The notes below the pieces were generated by a model. The model saw only the letters and a list, made by a program, of their open reading frames with translations, ran no database searches and was not told where the DNA came from. Positions 9,601-18,600 of a stretch of 64,000 nt of DNA are shown piece after piece; the first letter of the stretch is position 1; each line of letters begins with the position of its first letter. The translations under genes were made by a program, and so were the position numbers. Source of the DNA: an uncultured Candidatus Saccharibacteria bacterium (GTDB taxonomy: Bacteria; Patescibacteriota; Minisyncoccia; Phycocordibacterales; UBA6065); contig CAYJCZ010000002.1 of the NCBI GenBank assembly GCA_964368835.1, positions 83,893 through 147,892 of the forward strand, read 5' to 3'.

Positions 9601-12600
9601 CACGCTGGTGGAATTGGCGGTGCTGGTGCAACTGGCGGTGCTGGTGGTGCGATGTATGTAGGAGGACTTGTTGGTCAAGGTAACGGAAATATTTCAAACT
9701 CTCGTGCAACGGGCGGTACTATCACAGTCACAGGAGCAAATGGTGCGGTTGGTGGCGCGGGATCTGCCGGAGGTGCAGGTGGATCTGGAAGTGGTAAAAA
9801 TGGTGTTGGAGGTGCAGGCGGAACAGGAGGCGCTATAGGTCCAGTCTATGCAGGAGGTGCAATTGGTTTTAATTCCGTCGCCTCTGTTCTTATTGATACT
9901 GTGTATTCAACAAATAATGTAACTGTTACAGCGGGTACAGCAGGTAATGGAGGTGCGGGTGTTGTAGGTGCTAATGGTGCTGCGGGAAGCATTGGTGGTG
10001 CTGGAGGCGCCGGAGGAGCGGTTGGTCTTGCCGTGTATGCTGGAGGACTTGAAGGTTACAATTCTGGAGCAGGTCATACGATTAAAGATTCTTACGCAAC
10101 AGGAAATATTACGGTCACAGGCGGTAATGGTGGAGTTGGTCAGGTTGGTGGCGCAGGAGCGAATGCAATAAGTGCAGTTGCTGGCGGTGCAGGAGCAACC
10201 GGAGGCGCTGGTGGCGCTGGTGGGTTTGCATATGGTGGAGGTCTTGCTGGATTTACCAACACCACTGTTTTAATTAGCGGTTCTCATGCTAATGGAAATG
10301 TAACTGTTACAGCAGGAAACGGAGGTAATGCCGGAAATGGTGGCGCGGGCGCAACCGGTGGAGCAGCTCAAGTGGGTGGTGCCGGTGGCGCGGGCGGTGC
10401 AGCTGGACTTGGAGGTGCATCATATGCCGGAGGTCTCGTAGGCTTAGTGAATTCAGGAAATATTTCACATGCATATTCAACAGGTGTAATTGCAGGAACT
10501 TCTGGTAACGGAGGAAATTCTGGTGCGGGTGGTGCTGGAGGTGCTGGAGGATCTGGTGTAGTGGGAACGATAGGAACAGTCGGAACTGTGGGTGCTTCAG
10601 GCGGAGTAAATTATACCGGTGGACTTGTTGGCGACAACACATCACATGTTTTAAATTCATATCACATTGTTGGTGCAGTAACTGCGACAAGTGGTAATGG
10701 TGGAATTGGAGGCGCTGGTGGTGCTGGTGGTGCATCTGGAACTATTACAAACGGTACAGCCGTTGCGGGAGCTGCGGGTGCTGCCGGCGGTGTCGGTGGT
10801 GCACTTTCTGTCGGAGGGTTGGTGGGAAGAAATGGTGTGACTGCACTTTCTGCCTCAATCACAAGTTCGTATGCAACGACAAGTGTTACAGCTATTGGTG
10901 GAAATGGAGGTGATGGTGGCGCCGGAGGTAATGCGGGAAATGGTGCTGCAGGTACAAATCATATTGGCGGAGCTGGAGGTGCTGCGGGTGCGGGAGGTGC
11001 AGCGGCAATTACTCTTGCTGCAGCAGTCCAAGCCGGAGGACTTGTTGGTCAAAATGTTTTGGGAACTATTTCTGCAAGCTATGCGGAAACTGGAACTGTA
11101 ACCGCTACCGGCGGAACAGGAGGAGCCGCTGCATCAGGTGGTACTGGTGGAGCAGGAACAGGTACTGCAATTTATGGAGTTGGCGGTGCAGGTGCAGCTG
11201 GTGGTGCAGGTGGTGCGGTGTATGCAGGAGGACTGGTTGGTTATACAACTGGCGTTGTTGAAGATGTATCGTATTCAAAGACAACACTTGATGTGACTGG
11301 TGGTAATGGTGCAAACGGCTCGGATGGATTAACTGCAGCAGCAAATAGTGGTGCTGCGGGAAGTGTTCCTGGTGCCGGTGGTGCTTCGGGAATTGTGTAC
11401 GCTGGAGGTCTTGCGGGTTATGCAACGGCTGATGTTATTTCTTCCTACGCTAGTTACGATGCTGGCTCAGGAAAAGGTAATATCACCGTAACAGGTGGAA
11501 CTCCGGGAAATGGTGGTAATGCTGGAAATGGCGGTTCTGGTTTGGCCGCTGGAGGCGCGGGTGGTGCAGGAGGAGTTGGTACACTTGGTATAGGTGGAGC
11601 GGCATCGGGTGCTTATGTTGGAGGACTTCTTGGATTTGGTTCAGGAGTTATTACTTCATCATATTCGACAACTCTAAGTATTTCAGGAAACGAGCATGCT
11701 GGTGGTACTGGTGGTACTGGTGGTGTGGGTGGAAGTGGCGGTACTGGTATTGGTGCATTCAACGGTGGAGTTGGTTCAGTGGGTGGCGCTGGTGGTGCTG
11801 GAGGTATTCGCGCTTACGGTGGACTCATTGGAGATTTCATATCAACAATCGGTACTATTCAGGGATTTTCATATTCAACAGTAAATATTTCTGTTACTGG
11901 TGGTAATGGTGGAAACGGCGGACAAGGAGGAGTTGGTGGAACATCAGGAGCAAGTCAATCATCGGGTACCGCGGCTGCAGCTGGTGTTGGAGGTGTGGGC
12001 GGCGCCGGTGCTCCAACGTATGGTGGCGGGTTGATAGGACGCATCACAGGAACTACACAGATCATGCGAGTTTCAAATTCAAGTGCAACTGGTGACGTGT
12101 CGGTCGTCGGTGGAAATGGCGGTAATGGTGGAGCAGGAGGTGTAGGTGGAAATGGTTCGACAGGAAGTGCTACTCATACTGGAGCTGCCGGAGGACTTGG
12201 TGGTGTTGCGGGAGTTGGCGGTGAAGCAGATGCTGGAGGACTTGTCGGTCTAAGCAACTTAACTTCTGGTTCGATTGATTACCTTTCTGTATTTACAACA
12301 GGAACTGTGAGCGCGACGGGTGGTAATGCGGGAACTGCAGGTACAGGTGGTGTTGGTGGAGCATCAGCAACAGGTGCAGCGGGTGGTGCTGGAGGCGGTG
12401 CCGTAGCATCTGCAGCGGGTGGTGCTGCTTACGCTGGTGGACTTATGGGAATTCATAGAGTTACTATCACTCCAGCAGGAAGCGGTATTATAAATTCTTA
12501 TGCAACCGGAGCGGTAAGTGCAACAGGTGGTATAGGATCAACAGGAAATACAGGTGGTGCTGCTGGAGTCGCTGGAACTATTGGTGGTGCCGGAGGTGCG

Positions 12601-15600
12601 GGTGGAGCATCGGGTATTGGAGGTGAAGCAGATGCTGGAGGACTCGTAGGTCTTACAAGCGTCACAACTGGATTTATTCATTACCTAAATAGCTATTCAA
12701 CAACAGGAAGCGTAACCGCGACTGGTGGTGCATCGGGTAATGGTGGTAACGCAGGCGCATCAACTGCAGGTGGAACTGGTGCTGGTGGTGCAACTGGTGC
12801 TTCGGGTGCAAGCTCTGCAGGTGGTGCCGCATATGCTGGAGGTTTGATCGCACAAACAAGTGCAACTGCAAGCAACAACTTATTAATCACAACAAGTTAT
12901 TCTACACGTGAGGTAAATGCAGTTGGTGGCGCATCGGGTAATGGTGCAAACGGTGTTGTCGGAGGTGCTGGTGGAACCTCTTCAATTGGTGGTGTCGGAG
13001 GTGCAGGAGGAGCTACGGGTGCGGGCGGTGCTGCATATGCTGGAGGACTCATCGGATCAAATGGAACAGCGGCTGGTGCCGGTGGAGGTACTATTGAAGA
13101 TAACTCATATGCATCTGGAATTGTAAATTCAACAAGTGGAAATGTTGGAACAGCTGGAACTGGTGCTGCTGCAGGTGCAAGCAATAGTGGTACTGGTACC
13201 ACTGCTGCAACTGGCGGCGTTGGAGGTGCTGCGGGTGCAGGCGGTGCAAGCTTTGCTGGTGGTTTGATTGCCAATAACGGAGCAACAGGAGTTGTTTTAA
13301 ATTCATACGCAACTGGTGCGGTTACATCTCTTGCAAGAAATGGTGGTGTGGGTGGACTCGGTGGTAACGGCGGAGACGCATCTGCTAGCACGGGTATTGG
13401 CGGTACGGGTGGCGCTGGAGGTGCTGCGGGTGCAGGTGGCGCAAGTTATTCAGGTGGACTTGTTGCGAACAACGTTAACGTTCTCAACACAATCACAACG
13501 AGCTATTCTACGAGCCCTACTGTAACAGGTACAAGCGGTAATGGTGGTGTGGGTGGCACGGGTGGTGATGGTGGAACACCTGGTACAGCTGTAGCTGGAG
13601 GTGCTGCTGGAGCTGGAGGTGCCGCGGGTGCCGGCGGAGTTTTATATACAGGTGGACTTATTGGTTTTAATAACGGTACGGTACAAACTTTCTCATACAC
13701 ACGGGCTAATGTGACTGGTACTGCGGGTGCCGGAGGTGCTGGAGGTATTGGTGGTAATGGTGCAAATGGAGCGGCGGGAACTTCTGGTGCTGGTGCAAAC
13801 GGAGGTGTTGGTGGAGCAGGAACAGCCGGAGGTGCTGGGGGTATTGGATATGGTGGCGGTTTTGTGGGTTGGCACAATACCTCACGAACAATTAGTGATT
13901 CATTTGCGACGGGAAGTCTTACTCTTTTAGGTGGAGCGGGAGGCGCTGGTGGTGTTGGCGGAAACGGTGGAAACGGTGGAGCTGGAGCATCAGCGGGAAC
14001 AGGAGGCATAGGAGGAGCAGCGGGTGCAAGCGGCGCAGGTACCGTTGGAGGTGTGAAGTATGGCGGAGGATTTGCTGGCTACAACTTGGGCACTATAAAT
14101 ACAGCGTACTCATTGGGATCAGTTTCTGTAACAGGAGCTTCTGGTGGTGTGGGAGGTAATGGAGGAAATGGTGGTGATGGTGGCAATGGCGGTCCAACTG
14201 GTGCCGGAGGTGCTGGAGGAGCGCAGGGTGCAACAGCGGCTGGTGGAGCTGGAGGTGCGCTTCATGCAGGAGGACTTGTCGGCTACAACTTCACAGCTGG
14301 AATTTTTTCAAATTCATGGACTGCAGGCACGGTGGTAACTGTTGGTGGAGCTGGTGGTAATGGTGGTGTGCGAGGTACATCCGGAACAGGAGGAAATGGT
14401 GGAACCGGAGCTGGCGGCGCAGGTGGAGCAGGTATTGCTGGTGGTGCTGGAGGCGCTGGAGGTGCAAGTAATGCCGGAGGTTTGGTTGGATCAAATATCA
14501 CGAGCGGTTCATTTAGTAATAGTTACGCATCGACGACGGTGACCATGACTGGTGGTGTTGGTGGAAATGGTGGCGTTGGAGGCAAAGGAGGTAATGGAGG
14601 TGTCGGTGGATCTGCTGGAAACGGCGGAGCTGGTAGCGTTGGATTGGTTGGTGGAGTTGGAGGTGTCGGTGGTGCTGTCACAGGAGGTGGTTTGGTAGGA
14701 GACAACACGGGAATAATCACAAATGCGTATTCACTTGGTAACGTAACTGCAACTGCGGGTACTTCAGGTACTGGTGGTACTGGTGGCGCTGGAGGAAATG
14801 GTGGTGCAGCAGGCGGAGCGAGTGCAGGTGCAAATGGTAACGGAGCAAACGGAGGCGCTGGAGGCGCTGGTGCGAACGCGTTTTCTGGAGGTCTTCTAGG
14901 AAGCCATGCTACTTCTCTAGTTTCAAATACATATTCAGTTGGTGTACCTGTAGCAACCAGAACATCTGGTGCGGCTGGAGGTGCTGCAGGTGCAGCTGGT
15001 ACAGGTGGCACGGGAGGAAGTGCTGGTAGCAGTGGTGCTGCCGGAGCTTCATCTGCTTTAGAGCGTGCCGGAGGTATAGTGGGAAATCCAGTGAGCGGTA
15101 CCTGGGCATCTAGCTATTGGGATAGGACAACATCAGGAAAAACTGATGGTGCTGGAAACGCAACTACACCAACTAATACGACAGGCAAACTAACATCAGA
15201 GATGAAAGAGCAGGCGACATTTACGAGCTGGGATTTTACCACTCTTCCTATTTGGAAAATTGCAGAAGCATCTACATATCCATATTTTAATTATCAAGTT
15301 GCCCCAGACGCTCCTACAAGCGTAGTTGCTGTTGCTGGAAACGGTGAAGCAACAATTACATTTATTCCACCAGCTAGTACTGGTGGAGGACCGATTTTGT
15401 CTTATACCGTTACATCAAGTCCTGGAGGATTTACGGCAATTGGAGGTTCATCTCCAATCACAATCACCGGACTCACTAACGGTGTTACATACACATTCAC
15501 TGTTACAGCTACAAATGCTTACGGGACAAGCATTTCGTCTGGAACAAGTAATTCTGTAACTCCTGCAACTGTTCCTGATGCGCCAACTATTGGCACTGCA

Positions 15601-18600
15601 ACCCGAGGAAACGGCGAGGCGACAATTACATTTACTCCACCTGTATCTAATGGTGGATCAGCAATTACGTACTACACAGTTTCATCAAACACTGGAGGAT
15701 TTGTCGCGTACGGCGGTTCATCTCCAATTACAATCACCGGATTAACAAACGGCCAGGCGTATACATTTACAGTTACTGCGACAAACGCTGTTGGAACGAG
15801 CACACTTTCTGCTACTACAAACTCTGTGACACCAGCTACTGTCCCTGATGCTCCAACTATTGGAACAGCAACAGGAGGTAATGGTCAGGCGACAATTACA
15901 TTTACTGCACCAGTATCAAACGGAGGTTCAGCTATAACCTATTACACTGTCACATCAAACACGGGAGGATTCACCACATATGGTGCTTCATCTCCACTTA
16001 TTGTGACAGGCCTTACAAATGGTCAGGCATACACGTTTACGGTCACCGCAACAAATGATGTTGGAACAAGCACTGTATCTAGTGCAACGAATTCTATAAC
16101 ACCAGCAACTGTTCCTGATGCGCCAACTATTGGTACTGCAACAGGAGGTAATGGTCAGGCAACAATTACATTCAGTGCACCAGTATCAAACGGCGGATCA
16201 GTAATCACGTACTATACAGTTTCATCAAACACCGGAGGATTCACCACATACGGTGCTTCATCTCCACTCGTCGTAACAGGTCTCACCAATGGTCAGGCAT
16301 ATACTTTCACCGTCACTGCAACAAACGCAGCTGGAACAAGTACTGCATCTGTTGCAACAAACTCTGTGACTCCAGCAACAGTCCCAGATGCACCTACAAC
16401 TGTTTCTGCTGTACGGGGAAATGGAGAGGCGACAATTACATTCAGCGCTCCATCTTCGAACGGAGGATCAGCGATCACATACTACACGGTCACATCTAAT
16501 GTTGGTGGATTAACTACATATGGTGCTTCATCTCCGCTTGTTGTAACAGGTCTTACAAACGGACAGGCATACACATTTACAGTCACCGCAACAAACGCAG
16601 TTGGAACAAGTACAGCATCAGTAGCAAGTAACTCAATTTCTCCAGCAACAGTTCCAGATGCACCAACCATCGGTACTGCTACAGCAGGAAATGGGGAGGC
16701 AACAATTACATTTACTCCGGGAGCGAGTGATGGATATTCATCAGTGTTGTATTACACCGTAAGTTCGAATGTTGGCGGGTTTGTTGTGTACGGTGGAGCT
16801 TCACCAATCATAGTTACAGGTCTTACAAATGGTAGTACATATAATTTCACCGTTACCGCCACAAACGCAGTTGGAACAAGCAGCGCATCAGTCGCAACAA
16901 ATTCTGTAACTCCTGTTACAAACCCAGGTGCACCGACTGGCGTTTCTGCAGTTAGTGGAAACGGTGAAGCAACAATTACATTTACAGCACCAGTATCAAA
17001 TGGTGGATCAGCAATTACGTACTACACCGTAAGTTCAAACGTTGGAGGATTCGTTGCGTACGGCGGTTCATCTCCGATTACACTTACAGGTCTCACTAAT
17101 GGCACGACGTATACGTTTACTGTCACTGCAACAAATGCCTTTGGGACAAGTACTGCTTCGGCTACAAGTAATTCCGTTGTTCCTGCGACGGTACCTAATG
17201 CACCAACTATTGGAACAGCAACAGGAGGTAATGGTCAGGCAACAATTACATTCAGCGCACCAGTATCAAACGGAGGTTCAGCAATTACGTACTACACCGT
17301 AAGTTCAAACACAGGAGGATTCGTTGCATACGGCGGTTCATCTCCGATTACACTCACGGGCCTTACAAACGGCCAGGCATACACATTTACTGTCACTGCA
17401 ACAAACGCAGCTGGAACAAGCACAGCTTCAAGCGCCACTAACTCTGTAACTCCTGCTACAGTTCCTGATGCTCCAACAAGTGTCTCTGCTGTGCGAGGAA
17501 ACGGCGAGGCGACAATTACATTCACCGCACCAGTATCAAATGGTGGTTCAACTATTACTAACTACGTTGTGACATCAAATACTGGTCTTACAGCAACAGG
17601 TGGTTCATCACCGATTACACTCACAGGCCTTACAAATGGCACAACATATACGTTTACTGTTGCTGCAGTGAATGCCGTTGGTACAAGTACTCCGTCAGCT
17701 ACTACAAACTCTATTACACCTGCAACAACTCCTGATGCGCCAACTATTGGCACAGCAACAGGAGGTAATGGTCAGGCAACAATTACATTCACTGCACCAG
17801 TATCAAACGGAGGTTCAGCAATTACGTACTACACAGTTTCATCAAACACTGGAGGATTCGTTGCGTACGGCGGCTCATCACCAATCACAATTACCGGTCT
17901 TACAAATGGCCAGGCATACACATTCACTGTCACCGCAACAAATGATGTTGGTACAAGCACTGCGTCTGTCGCAACGAACTCTATAACACCTGCGACAACT
18001 CCTGATGCGCCTACTATTGGTACAGCCACTGCTGGTAATGGACAAGCAACAATTACATTCAGTGCTCCAGTATCAAACGGCGGATCAGCAATTACGTACT
18101 ATGCGGTCACATCTAACACAGGTATAACTGCATACGGCGGAACATCACCAATCACAGTCACGGGACTTACCAACGGTGTTGCATATACATTCACTGTCAC
18201 AGCGACAAATGCTATTGGTACAAGCACTGCTTCAGTTGCAACAAACTCTGTAACTCCTGCAACTGTTCCAGATGCACCAACTAACGTCGCGGCTTCTATT
18301 GGAGACACAACTGCAGGTATCACATTCTCTGCTCCTGCAAATAACGGTTCTGCGATTACGTACTACACTGTGACTTCAAATACGGGCGGTCACTCAACAA
18401 CAACCTATTCAACGTCCGCAACGATGACCGGACTCACTAACGGTGTTACGTACACATTCACTGTTACCGCAACAAATGCTATCGGTACAAGTACTGCGTC
18501 TGGTACAAGCAACGGCATAACCCCGGCAACTGTCCCAGGAGTTCCTCTTAACCTTGCTGCTACTGTGGGAGACAGCAGTATTGATTTGTCGTGGTCAGCA